This document shows positions 10,601 through 19,399 of a stretch of DNA of 64,000 bases, piece by piece (positions within the stretch are counted from its first letter, which is position 1; every line of letters begins with the position of its first letter). The notes beneath the pieces were generated by a model. That model did no database searches and had not been told where the DNA came from. It saw only the letters and a program-made list of their open reading frames with translations. The DNA is taken from the NCBI GenBank assembly GCA_965197935.1, contig CBDAOD010000002.1, positions 1,154,849-1,218,848 of the forward strand, read 5' to 3'. Source of the stretch: Vicinamibacterales bacterium (lineage in GTDB: Bacteria; Acidobacteriota; Vicinamibacteria; Vicinamibacterales; CAZQMT01). The position numbers and the translations under genes were made by a program.

Positions 10601-10918
10601 GTGGCCTTCCTCGACCATGGCCGCCAGGAGCGGCACCAGTCGCCAGGCCAGGCCCTGCGGCCGCCAAGAGGGATGCACCGGGTCCAGACCGACCAGCCGG
10701 GCCATGCGTTCGATGAAGGAGCCGGGCAGGAGAAACTCCACCCCCATGGCGACCCCGTGACGGCGGGCCAGCTCTGCCTTGGTGCGGTCCACCAGCGGCA
10801 GCGATGGCATCAGCACCGGTACCACGACACCGGCGGGACTGCTTGGCCTGCCCAGCGAGTCCACCAAGTCCGTGAGCAGCACTGTCGCGTCAGACGCGTA
10901 CTTCAGCTCGAGTGCCAT
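7625..10918 (-). CDS. recC: Exodeoxyribonuclease V gamma subunit
   Basis: 1097 aa. FDQYLYFRP, CHGARREVEVLRDELL, GGFKPMRAIPCRVLAVMGL and DREDRQLFLDALLAA-type RecC segments. Lies upstream of recB and recD. Confidence 0.92.
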   Translation of the reverse strand: MALELKYASDATVLLTDLVDSLGRPSSPAGVVVPVLMPSLPLVDRTKAELARRHGVAMGVEFLLPGSFIERMARLVGLDPVHPSWRPQGLAWRLVPLLAAMVEEGHTPRLESACMDARARQALAAEVADRFDQYLYFRPSMIAAWDRGEAWDGLPEPAQGDEAWQRELWRRLSESLADHHNPAVRLQELVARIQQGDGELPASLEVLATGPLPPTILPLLRALATRTRVCLRALLPSTEYLGDMRAGRAQMRAGKEVDPAWEGHPLLSHLGKQAVDSFRSFEEALVTEGQEYDVIALPESSSDTLLARLQADIRAARQPGNAEAVDGVTSIESDRSVRVHRCHGARREVEVLRDELLDAFGSLPGLTASEVLILAPDLDTYGPVAEAILREGDPSLPLRLSERRLDRSDPLVRGMQTVLRLAAGRAPLSEGLALLELPAVAACVESRGTDPEMLADRLRASGITWGLNAAHRQAMDAGNQDTGTWRAGLDRLLAGLWLGDAQAASDAQHRPALPVSGDLGANPASMSASLDWLDGLVSLLQDWQLEASPGRWASRLNQALDQILATEDGRFDSTAAVDLIDQLRAAETEHACALPMDAAAVVDWLDKAVQDEIRAVSRVGGAMAMGGFKPMRAIPCRVLAVMGLQDAAFPRRATAPAWDLLAAAPRPGDRDPVREDRQLFLDALLAAGDRIILTATARNIRSNKEEPLSACVDEFLRVAAATVSGSADTREEVYRALIEDHPLQPFNPTCFTGPRASFDTAHLEIARACQERQDVAAPFQAGVFAPPEEVQSGDLELHEMIRMLKDPWSAWLGSLGVVLPQAGDDPFAMDREPVAAPTGLNRWQIQTEVIGAVLEGRTTFLEERLAADRLMPYGNLGTAMGRQSVQEAVSLARLAVRQAGGRLQPQRLVYREGSPQVAGNITVNAEGSLQVLVMPTELKGRPHHRLDAWVRATFAAACGIRGDTLVVSKDGERARVDRMPPMAQRQARAALDSLLQLCRQARMRPLPFGPKTSFAILDAGRRGVDETDRALKAWEQQPKGPPGEGDSASAQLAWRDLDPFAEGNFDEWRRLATEVFVPVEDWFANTAPTAKAGPASG

Positions 10919-13158
10919 TACGGATTGGCTCCTTGGCGGGAGGCGAGGATCTCCTTCGCCGCTTCACGTGCGCCCGGCTCGTCGAAGTGGCGGGACGCAT
11001 AGTCCACCGGACGAAGCTCTGGTGAGAGCGCCCAATCGTACTTCTCCTCGATCTGGTTCGCCGCCAGCGTGGCGAGTGCGGGCCCGCCGGGCACCTCGCC
11101 GCGGACGATTCGAGCCAGCGCCGCCACGACCCGTTCGGGCTCCACTTCGCGTACGCCGATCGCAATCCCCTCGATCCAGGCGGAAAGCTTCAGTGCATTC
11201 AGTTGCAGGCACAGGGTGTGTAGCACGCGGTCCCCGCGCCAGGGGAACAGCAGAGCGGAGCCCTCCCTCTCGACCATGCGATGCTGAGATAGATCCCAGC
11301 GATCGAAGGTATCTCGACCCTCGGTGAGGAGCTCCTTGGCCGTGGCGTCGAGGTAGACCGGCACCGTCCGGGAGGCGTAAATCCGGTGCATCTCGGCCCG
11401 CACGCGATCATGAACGTCGCAGCCTCCGCCCTCGAACCGCGGCGCCCGTCCGCCATGAGCCTGCGTCAGCTCGATCACGCGAGCTGTCTCGTCGATGGAA
11501 CGAACCTGCCACCGCCGGCCAGCGAAGATCAGATGGCTTCCGGGCGCGAGCGGTTGGGTGATCGGCATCGTGCCGAGCGTCTTGCTGCCTGCGACCAGAC
11601 GGTACTCCTCTGGGGTGACGAACGCGACGTAGAACGAGTAGTGGTCGACGAGTGTCTCGCCTCGGTCGCCCAGGGTCAGCGTTCCATCGCTCGTCTGGGT
11701 CAGGATGTGTTGCTCGCCGAGGCTGTGGAGGAGCCGCCCGAAGAGCTCGCTATCGACGCCACGGAAGGGCCCCGACCTGCACAGCGCACTGTAGAGGTCC
11801 TTTGCCAGGACGCCCCCGTGCTGGGCGATGACGGACAGGACCTGCTGCACGAGGGTCGACAGGTGTAGCTGCCGGGGTGCCGGTGGCTCGCACCACCGAG
11901 CCAGCAGCAGTTGCACCATGGCAATCGACTGGACGAGCTGCGCACGGAGCTCGTCGTGCAGCGTCGAGGTCTTGCCCAGCTCTTCCTCGACGACGAAGCC
12001 CCGGAGCACGGCCGGCTCGTCGGCCCGGCGCCCCGAGCGCCCAAGGCGCTGCCGCAGCGCCGTGACCGATGGGGGAGATCCCACCTGGGCGATGCTGGCG
12101 ACGCTTCCGATGTCAATGCCCAGCTCAAGAGTGCTGGTGCACACGACAGATGTCGGCTTCGAGGTGTTCTTGACCCGGGCTTCCGCTTCTTCCCGGATCT
12201 CGCGGGAGAGATTCCCGTGATGCGCGAAGAACTCGTTGGGAACGTGTGCCCGCTCGGACAAGTCGCGCAAGTGGTCGGTCAGTTCCTCGACGCGGCTGCG
12301 GCTGTTCGCAAAGACGAGATTATCCTGGCCGCGCAAGGCCTCGTACAGGTCACCAACCAGCCGCGTGGCGTCTCCCTTGTCGTCGGGGGCCTGGGGCGAG
12401 CCACCGGGCGCCGGTGGACGCGACCGGTACCCGCGCAGTTGCAGTCGCAGCTCGCGGCCGTCGCCCGTTCCCTCGATGAGCACGACCGCATCTCCCGCGC
12501 CGGGTCGCAAGGCTTCCGCGGCCAGTCGCATGTCGCCGAGCGTGGCCGACAGGGCCACGCGCGGGACCCGTCTGCGGATGGCGAGCTCCATGCGGTTCAG
12601 CAGGGACTGGAGCTGGCGACCTCGCTCGCTCCCTATGAAGCTATGAAGCTCGTCCACGACGACGTGGGTCAGGCCGGAGAAGAGGCTCGGGATCTTGCTT
12701 CCGCGCAGGACGAAGAAGGCCTCGAGCGACTCCGGCGTGATCAGCAAGACGCCCTGCTTCTCTTTCAGCAGCTTCTGTTTCCGGCTCTGGGGAACGTCGC
12801 CGTGCCAGGGGGTGAGCGGCAGGCCCACCCGCTCGAAGAGCGGGGTCAGGCGGGCGGCCTGGTCGTTGATCAGGGCCTTGAGCGGGCTCACGCACAGGCA
12901 GGCGATTCCATCAACCTCGCTCTTTGCGAGCTTCGAGGCTATCGGGAGGAAGGCCGCCTCGGTCTTTCCGCCGGCGGTGGGTGCAGAGATGATGACGTCG
13001 GCATCCCCGTCCAGGATCTGCTGTGCCGCATGCTCCTGAACCAGCCTGAGCGCCGTCCACCCCTGTTCCCAGATCCACCGCTGCACGCCGGTGTGGAAGC
13101 GCTCGAACGCGAAGGAAGGCGTCGGGTCAGAGCTGGAACGAGGCGAGTCCATCGTCAT
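10918..13158 (-). CDS. Lhr-like DEAD/DEAH SF2 helicase (Shango SngC-like)
   Basis: APTAGGKTEAAF, DELH, SATLG, TSTLELGID, QRLGRSGRR. The stop TAA shares its last base with the recC ATG. Confidence 0.88.
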   Translation of the reverse strand: MTMDSPRSSSDPTPSFAFERFHTGVQRWIWEQGWTALRLVQEHAAQQILDGDADVIISAPTAGGKTEAAFLPIASKLAKSEVDGIACLCVSPLKALINDQAARLTPLFERVGLPLTPWHGDVPQSRKQKLLKEKQGVLLITPESLEAFFVLRGSKIPSLFSGLTHVVVDELHSFIGSERGRQLQSLLNRMELAIRRRVPRVALSATLGDMRLAAEALRPGAGDAVVLIEGTGDGRELRLQLRGYRSRPPAPGGSPQAPDDKGDATRLVGDLYEALRGQDNLVFANSRSRVEELTDHLRDLSERAHVPNEFFAHHGNLSREIREEAEARVKNTSKPTSVVCTSTLELGIDIGSVASIAQVGSPPSVTALRQRLGRSGRRADEPAVLRGFVVEEELGKTSTLHDELRAQLVQSIAMVQLLLARWCEPPAPRQLHLSTLVQQVLSVIAQHGGVLAKDLYSALCRSGPFRGVDSELFGRLLHSLGEQHILTQTSDGTLTLGDRGETLVDHYSFYVAFVTPEEYRLVAGSKTLGTMPITQPLAPGSHLIFAGRRWQVRSIDETARVIELTQAHGGRAPRFEGGGCDVHDRVRAEMHRIYASRTVPVYLDATAKELLTEGRDTFDRWDLSQHRMVEREGSALLFPWRGDRVLHTLCLQLNALKLSAWIEGIAIGVREVEPERVVAALARIVRGEVPGGPALATLAANQIEEKYDWALSPELRPVDYASRHFDEPGAREAAKEILASRQGANP

Positions 13159-14440
13159 CTGCGTCGGACCCCTCAACCGGTGCGAGGTCGGGATTGCCCT
13201 CGTCGGGGATCTCGACCGTTCCCACGAGCTGCTGCCAGGACGTCTCTGGATTTTGCTCCAACACGGCGAGCAGGTTCACAAACTCCTTGATCGTGTTGCG
13301 GGGCGTTCTGAAGTAGGCCTCTCCGACGCGCTGGGAGCAGTGCTGCATGAAGGCGTGGAGCGCTTCGTCAGGGACGAGATCGCCGGCGGAATGGCTCCCC
13401 GCGTAGACGTGTCGGATCTTCCCGAGCAAGACGTAGAGGTCTTCGGGCGAGAGGTTGGCCAGTCGCACGATGGGGCCGGTCATGTCGACGAGCCCGTCGT
13501 GGGCGAACGAGTTCTTCGCGAGACGCGATTGCAGCGCCTCGTAGCTGTAGAGGCCCTTCCGCGTGTCGAGCAGGAACTCCGGTGTTCCGCCCAGCACGAA
13601 GCCAAGTCCCACAGCCGCACCCTGCAGGCTGTCGTTCAAGATCCGGAGAATCTGCTCGTAGTTTGCGCTGCGTGCCCGTCCGCTGGGCAGCTTGTAGAGA
13701 TTGACCATCTCATCCAGACAGACTAGGAAGCCGCTGTAGCCCGCCAGGCGCACGAATCGCGCCATCAGCTTGAGGTGGTCATAGATGTTCGAGTCGTCGA
13801 CGATCGTGCGCACGCCGAGGGCCTTGCGAGCGTCGGTCTTCGTCGCGAATTCTCCGCGCAGCCACCGGACGGCACTCGCCTTGACCCCGTCGTCTCCCGT
13901 CTCGTGCCCCCGCCAGTAGGCGGCGACCACCTCTGCGAAGTCGTAGCCCCCGACCATCTCGGTCAGGGCCGCGAGCCGTTCGCGGATGATTGCCTCCGCG
14001 GCGACGCCGTCATCGCGAGCCCGGGAACGTGCGCTCGACACGAATCGCTCGACCACGTTCTGGAGCGCTCCCCCGTCGGGCTTTGATCGAGTGGCCAGGC
14101 TGCGCATCAGCTCCCGGTAGAGCGAGCGCGCCTGCCCTCCACTGGCATGCAGCCGGCGGTCCGGGTTGAGATCGGCGTGCGCGGAGACGAGCTTTTTCTC
14201 CAGCGCGATCGAGCGGACCAGGTTCAAAAAGAAGGTTTTCCCAGAGCCGTAGTCGCCGATTACGAGGCGGAAGCTCGCGCCGCCGTCGCCGATGCGATCG
14301 ATGTCACAGATGAGGGCCTGCACCTCGTCCGCGCGCCCCACCTGGATGTGCGCTTGTCCGACTCGCGGCGTCACGCCGGCTCGGAGGGACTGGAGGATGG
14401 CGTCTCGAACCCTGGGGCGAATCTTGCGATCGGACGTCAT
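13127..14440 (-). CDS. DUF2791/BrxD-like P-loop ATPase (Shango SngB-like)
   Basis: Begins LQSLRAGVTPRVG; Walker A GDYGSGKT; Walker B CLDEMVN; YEALQSRL. 437 aa. Confidence 0.88.
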   Translation of the reverse strand: MTSDRKIRPRVRDAILQSLRAGVTPRVGQAHIQVGRADEVQALICDIDRIGDGGASFRLVIGDYGSGKTFFLNLVRSIALEKKLVSAHADLNPDRRLHASGGQARSLYRELMRSLATRSKPDGGALQNVVERFVSSARSRARDDGVAAEAIIRERLAALTEMVGGYDFAEVVAAYWRGHETGDDGVKASAVRWLRGEFATKTDARKALGVRTIVDDSNIYDHLKLMARFVRLAGYSGFLVCLDEMVNLYKLPSGRARSANYEQILRILNDSLQGAAVGLGFVLGGTPEFLLDTRKGLYSYEALQSRLAKNSFAHDGLVDMTGPIVRLANLSPEDLYVLLGKIRHVYAGSHSAGDLVPDEALHAFMQHCSQRVGEAYFRTPRNTIKEFVNLLAVLEQNPETSWQQLVGTVEIPDEGNPDLAPVEGSDADDDGLASFQL

Positions 14441-16746
14441 GCCTGCAGCTCCCGTAACACACCGAGGTTCACCTCCACCGGGTCCTCTCCCTCCAGCAGA
14501 GGGCTGTCGACTCCCTCGAACGCCGCCTCGTTGAGCGTCTCGTAGGCTCCGTCGGCAAGCAGGTCCAGGCGCTCGGCGATCTTCTCAAACTCCTCGCCGC
14601 TCAGCTCGGCACGGCCGTCGAGAGCCCGCAGGAGGGCCGTGTGTCTAGCGTCGAGGCCCGCGACCGTGTTCGGTGCGACGCGATCCACTTCCGGATCGTC
14701 CTGTTCTGAGGGCTCCTCCGTGAAAACCTCGGCGAGCACTCGGGAAATAGCCTCGGTCTCGGCGAGCGTGCGCTCCACCCGGTCCATGTCGAGATCAATC
14801 CGACCCGTCTCCGGGACCGATGGCTGCGACGGAGGCGCGGGGATCGCGCGTCCCGCTTTGGTAGCCTCAGGCGGACGCACCGTGATCGGGCGTTCCGCAG
14901 GGCGCCAGGCATCGCCGGCCTGGAGCGAGTGGACGTCCCCGTACGCCTGCTTCGGGTCGAAACCCAGCAGACGGTAGATCTTCTCAATCGTCCGGACCTC
15001 CTCTCGATCGATGACGCCGTCGACGGCGGCCGTCCCGATCGCGAATTCCGCAAGGAGCCGGCGCCGGCCGGCATCGACGCCAGCCAGCCGGCTCTTGATT
15101 CCGGCGACGCTCGGCTTCTCGGCGATCAGCCACTTCGAATGAGCGCGCAGGCGCCGGGCTTCCTCATCATCGAGGTGCATCGATTGCTCGAGGTGTTTTT
15201 CGAGATGGCGCTCTTCGCTCTCGCCTACATCTCCGTCACTCGCTGCCACGAGTGCGGCGAGGTGTAGCACCAAGGTGGCGGCTCGGTACGCTGGCGTGGC
15301 GGCGGCGAGTCGCCCTGGGCCGAGTGGGAACAGGATGACCTTCTGATCAGCCCGGACGCCTCCACCCCCGAAGCGGGGGTCTGGCTCGACGCCGTAGCCG
15401 AGCGACTCCAGGGCTCGAGAAAACCCTCCAAGCTCTCCCTTGCCCATGCGGTCTGCGCGCGCGCAGTCCCAGTGCGTCATGAGGTCGGACCCGGCGGCGG
15501 CCGCGCCATCTCCATCACCCAGGCTCGCAGTGATCCAGCTTCGGAGGCGTTCGGAGGCTGGGGTCTTACGGGATTCGGCGAGCTCCGGAGGCAGCAGCGC
15601 CCGTCCTTCCAAGGTGCGTGCCTTCTCGGGGCACCGGCCGACCAGCCGGCTGTAGCCCTCGAGCTCGGACATAGCATTCTCGGCGATCTCCCGCAGTAAC
15701 CGCACTGGCCTCGTGAGGGCGCCGACGTCCGGAACGTTGTCGAAGGGAACGTCCACCGGGCCCCCGAACGACGCGCTCGAAGGCTGGTGAGAGACCTTCA
15801 GCCGACGCTTGTTCGGCTTCAGAGTCATCCCGCTTCCGAATTTCTCCTGGTAGCGCCGAACGAAGAGCTGCCGGAACTCGTCCGGGCAACGCCGCGCGGG
15901 TGTTCGGAGACGGGTTTCAGGATGGCCCACTACCCAGGCAAGTGCCCACTCCGCTGGGATCGGTTTGCCCGCCGCGACGAGCTGACCGAGTGCCAGACGA
16001 ACGTCCAGGGGAAGCTCGCCGCTTCGTTGGCCGACGGTCGGCGGGCGCTCCCAGGCACTGCCTGTCGACCACAGCGCGTGGGCTACCTGTACCAGCGAGG
16101 AGCTGTAGCGGTCGAACGAGCGGTTCCCGCCGTAGATTGAGCGCAGGCGGTCGACTTCGGCAATGAGCGCAGGGGCCTCACCTCGACGCTCGGGAAGGTA
16201 CTGAAGTTCGAAGAGAAGCCGGCGCTCGAGGCCATAGAAAAAGAGGAACACATACCCGATGTAGGCGTTCACCTCTGACCGTCCGCCTGCAAGCCAATCA
16301 AGATAGGCGACGCGAGACTCGGCTGAGATCTGGCGATACGAGGGCCAGTAGTCCATGCCTTCGCCGGAATAGTCGCCTCGGCCCCGCCCGACCTTCAGGG
16401 CGGGGATGATCAGAGCGGGCTCACAGTCCCGCCACTCTCCGATCGGCAGGAGTGAAGGGCCTACGTAGACCATTCCGCCAGAGATTACGCGATTCCGAAC
16501 TTTCGCTGTGGAATCCGGCGAGACCCACAGGCGGTCGCCGGCTCGCGCGAGCTTGGCCGGTTCGACGCGCTGGCGAGTCGTGGATGGGAACTGAAGCCCC
16601 CCGTCTGACCCGATGTCGATCGAGATCGTCACCCGCGGCGAGCGCGAGAGAACCCGATCGCGCGAAGGCGGTTTCGATTGCGACCGGGCCCGGAGCAGCC
16701 CGTAGATCAACAGGCCGATCAGAACGAATCCAACGAAGGTGCTCAT
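14437..16746 (-). CDS. TerB_N/TerB/TerB_C domain protein with N-terminal TM helix (Shango SngA-like)
   Basis: Hydrophobic N-terminus; YWPSY...AYLDWLAGGR...GYVFLFFYGLERRL; TerB-like AASDGDV...AAVDGVIDREE. ATGA overlap with the next gene. Confidence 0.88.
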   Translation of the reverse strand: MSTFVGFVLIGLLIYGLLRARSQSKPPSRDRVLSRSPRVTISIDIGSDGGLQFPSTTRQRVEPAKLARAGDRLWVSPDSTAKVRNRVISGGMVYVGPSLLPIGEWRDCEPALIIPALKVGRGRGDYSGEGMDYWPSYRQISAESRVAYLDWLAGGRSEVNAYIGYVFLFFYGLERRLLFELQYLPERRGEAPALIAEVDRLRSIYGGNRSFDRYSSSLVQVAHALWSTGSAWERPPTVGQRSGELPLDVRLALGQLVAAGKPIPAEWALAWVVGHPETRLRTPARRCPDEFRQLFVRRYQEKFGSGMTLKPNKRRLKVSHQPSSASFGGPVDVPFDNVPDVGALTRPVRLLREIAENAMSELEGYSRLVGRCPEKARTLEGRALLPPELAESRKTPASERLRSWITASLGDGDGAAAAGSDLMTHWDCARADRMGKGELGGFSRALESLGYGVEPDPRFGGGGVRADQKVILFPLGPGRLAAATPAYRAATLVLHLAALVAASDGDVGESEERHLEKHLEQSMHLDDEEARRLRAHSKWLIAEKPSVAGIKSRLAGVDAGRRRLLAEFAIGTAAVDGVIDREEVRTIEKIYRLLGFDPKQAYGDVHSLQAGDAWRPAERPITVRPPEATKAGRAIPAPPSQPSVPETGRIDLDMDRVERTLAETEAISRVLAEVFTEEPSEQDDPEVDRVAPNTVAGLDARHTALLRALDGRAELSGEEFEKIAERLDLLADGAYETLNEAAFEGVDSPLLEGEDPVEVNLGVLRELQA

Positions 16747-16811
16747 AGGTGCCGTTCATTGTGCAACAAGCTGTCGCTTCCCGGATCCCTTTTCAGTGGG
16801 AGGAACCATAG

Positions 16812-17015
16812 TATCAAGCAGAGCTGCGGTCGGTGATTGACGCCAAGATCGCCGGCGAGGAGTTCGTCGTCCACGAGGCCGAGGCACCCGCCAAAGTGGT
16901 CGATCTGATGGCGGCGCTCCGCAAGAGCCTCGACAGCGTCAGCGAGTCGAAGAAGAAGCCGGCGAAGTCGTCCACCACCCGGAAGATAACCAAGGCCAAG
17001 CGCAGACGCGCCTGA
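16812..17015 (+). pseudogene. C-terminal remnant of Ku (NHEJ end-binding protein)
   Basis: YQAELRSVIDAKIAGEE...KVVDLMAALRKSL plus a basic tail. The N-terminal core is missing. Confidence 0.75.
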
Positions 17016-17049
17016 CCCCGGTTTCCCCACGTGCCTGTAGTAGAAAGGC

Positions 17050-17446
17050 CTTCAGGCCCGTCCCTGGGGTCCACGCGGGGCCACCGCGCCGGGATCAGCC
17101 ACCGGCTCACCCGGCCACAGACCACACAGCGGGTCGGCTCGGGCGCGGGCGCCGGTGGCACCTCAAGGGCGTGGAGTCTGGCGTACCGGAGGACGGCAGG
17201 GGAAGAGTGATCCCTCACGCGGCACCGGGTGCGATAGGTGCGTTGATGGTCTCGGTGATCGAGACGCCCTTCCGGACTGCGCTGATGGCGGGCCTTGGCG
17301 GCCTGCACCGAGCGACGGCGGGCCAGGAGACGGCAGCGTGCCGAGCAGTAGGCGTGGCCGCGGACGTTCTTGCGCTTGTGCCACTGACACCGTTGCACCA
17401 GGGCGCGGTGGCGGAACGCTTTCCGGCCGGCCGCTCGAAGTCCCTC
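17050..17446 (-). pseudogene. Mosaic: IS256-like transposase fragment fused in frame to a Cys/Arg-rich hypothetical protein fragment
   Basis: 17363-17446 encodes RALVQRCQWHKRKNV (IS256-type QRCxxHKxxN motif), followed by RGHAYCSARCR...HQRSPEGRLDHRDHQR. Confidence 0.5.
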
Positions 17447-17447
17447 C

Positions 17448-19095
17448 GGTCGGCCTGGCGGAAGAAGCCCTCACCGCCGCGAATCTCCGTGCTGTATTTC
17501 TTGTCGTACGCCGCCTGTCTGTGCGGCAGCACGTACCGGAGAGGGGCGTACGAGGCGAGGTTCAGACGGCGGATCTCGTTGTTGATCTCCCGGATCGATT
17601 GGAACTCGCCGGCAACGTCCACGTCAGCCTTGATGTTGATCGGCTTCAGGCGGTCAGGGAAGCGCCCGGTCTCGGCGGTGCCATAGTACTTTCCCACATG
17701 CTTGCGCGACCGGGCGATGGTCAGGCGATCGAGCAAGGTGAAGTAGTCGAACCCGAGCATCTCAACCAGCCGCGATGGTGTCCGTTCGACGTTATCGAGG
17801 TCCATCCAGCGGTTGAACTGCTTCTGCGCGAGGCGCGTCGTGCTGTCGATGCTACTGATGCCGTGATCGAGCAATGCCGTGTCGTCGCCCTCGGTGGCGA
17901 AGGCGATCTGGTTGCGCAGGTCAGCCATGCGATTGTTGACCGGGGTTGCAGACAGCATGAGCACGCGGGTCTTGACGCCTTCCTTGATGATCTTGCGCAT
18001 CAGGCGGTCATAGCGCGTCTCGTTGCCGACTCGTGGCGTCTTCTTGTTACGGAAATTGTGCGACTCGTCGATCACGACGAGGTCGTAGTTACCCCAGTTG
18101 ACGTGAGCAAGATCGATGTCTCCCGACTGGCCACCGTCTCGCGATAGGTCGGTGTGATTCAGGACGTCGTAATTGAAGCGATCTGGCGCAAGGAAGTTCC
18201 GGCGGTCGTTGGCCTTGTACAGCGTCCAGTTGTCGCGCAGGAGCTTTGGCACCAGCACGAGCACACGGTCGTTCCGGAGTTCGTGGTATTTGATGATCGC
18301 CAGCGCCTCGAACGTCTTGCCGAGGCCGACGCTGTCAGCGATGATGCAGCCGCCGTAGCGCTCGAGCTTGGCAATCGCACCGACCACGCCATCACGCTGG
18401 AACCTGTAGAGCTTCTTCCAGACCACCGTGTTGCGGATGCCGGTTGCCGTCTTGATCACGCGCTCTTCGTCGAGATCCTCGCCACGGTCGCGGAAGAGGT
18501 GGTGCAGGATGAGCGTGTAGACGAGGAACGGGTCACGGTGTGCTGCGAGTGATTGCAGGTCGCCGATTAAGACGTTCTTGGCACCTGGGTCGGCCACAAG
18601 ACTGGACCACTGGACATCGAACCATTGACTGAGCAGGTGAGCTTCTTCGGGCGTCTCTGACGCCTGGATCAAGCTCAAAGGGTTACCGGGAGCCAACCCG
18701 AGGCCATCGGTACTGAATGCGAGCGACCCGAGAAGAGCCTGGAGGGGGTGCCCTTCCCCGTCTCGCAGAACAAGTGCGCCTTGGGGAACCGCGCCTGGGG
18801 CTCGCCGGACTTCGGCCCTGTCAGCCAGCCACTGGGAGAGCCGTTCGGCAAGCCAGCGCGTTTGCAAGCAGTTGCGAGCGGCGCGGTCGGCGTCCGATCC
18901 CAAGACCGCCAAGTCTGTACTGGCCGGCGGCAGTAGCAGGCGGCAACGCGTCAGCGAATCGACTTCATTCTGCAGTTCTGAGAAGGCGAACACGGACAGG
19001 GAGGGAGTCACCACGTCGAGCTGGCCGCCTGTCGTGAGACTCGGGCGAAGAAGATCGACGACGCGGTCCGTACCCGCGTTGCGGACAATCTTCAT
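17448..19095 (-). pseudogene. SNF2-related helicase with N-terminal PLD-like region, C-terminally truncated
   Basis: ADSVGLGKTFEAL, VVIDESHNFRN, MLSATPVNN. Homology-like sequence ends after GEGFFRQADR, so the helicase C-terminal domain is absent. Confidence 0.8.
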
Positions 19096-19117
19096 GCAGC
19101 CCTCGCCTCAAAGGGCG

Positions 19118-19342
19118 TCACGTAGCGGGACCGTTGCGTGACGCGACACGTTTCCGGACGGTCCCTTTCGTCTTCTCAGCCTTGACCTTCCTCGCCTCCG
19201 CAGCCGCCTTGCTGGCCTTCTTTCCCCTTGCGGCTCGCTGTGCGGCCGTCATCGTCTCCAAGGATCTCTTGCCGCCAATCCGCCCGCCTCTGGCACCCTG
19301 CTCTTTGAAGAACTGGAGAACGTCGAATGGCAGTTTCTTCAT
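19118..19342 (-). CDS. Small basic protein (GARGGRIGGKR / Ala-Lys-rich)
   Basis: About 74 aa, Lys/Arg/Ala-rich, directly upstream of the SNF2 gene on the same strand. Confidence 0.5.
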   Translation of the reverse strand: MKKLPFDVLQFFKEQGARGGRIGGKRSLETMTAAQRAARGKKASKAAAEARKVKAEKTKGTVRKRVASRNGPAT

Positions 19343-19399
19343 CGTGAGGCACATCTTAACCCCGTTGTGGTGGCAGGCATCGGTTCTCGTTGTTACGCG

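Noticed and set aside
4117-13290. Long plus-strand ORFs (e.g. 4117-5040, 5410-6546, 6607-8121, 11911-13290) opposite recB/recC/helicase
   Set aside because: Antisense shadows of GC-rich genes with no recognisable motifs.
16800-16807. GAGGAACC matching the MITE terminus, suggesting a composite transposon carrying the Shango-recCBD operon
   Set aside because: Only 8 bp match, and the adjacent bases (ATAGTATC) do not match the ATTTTCAC duplication.
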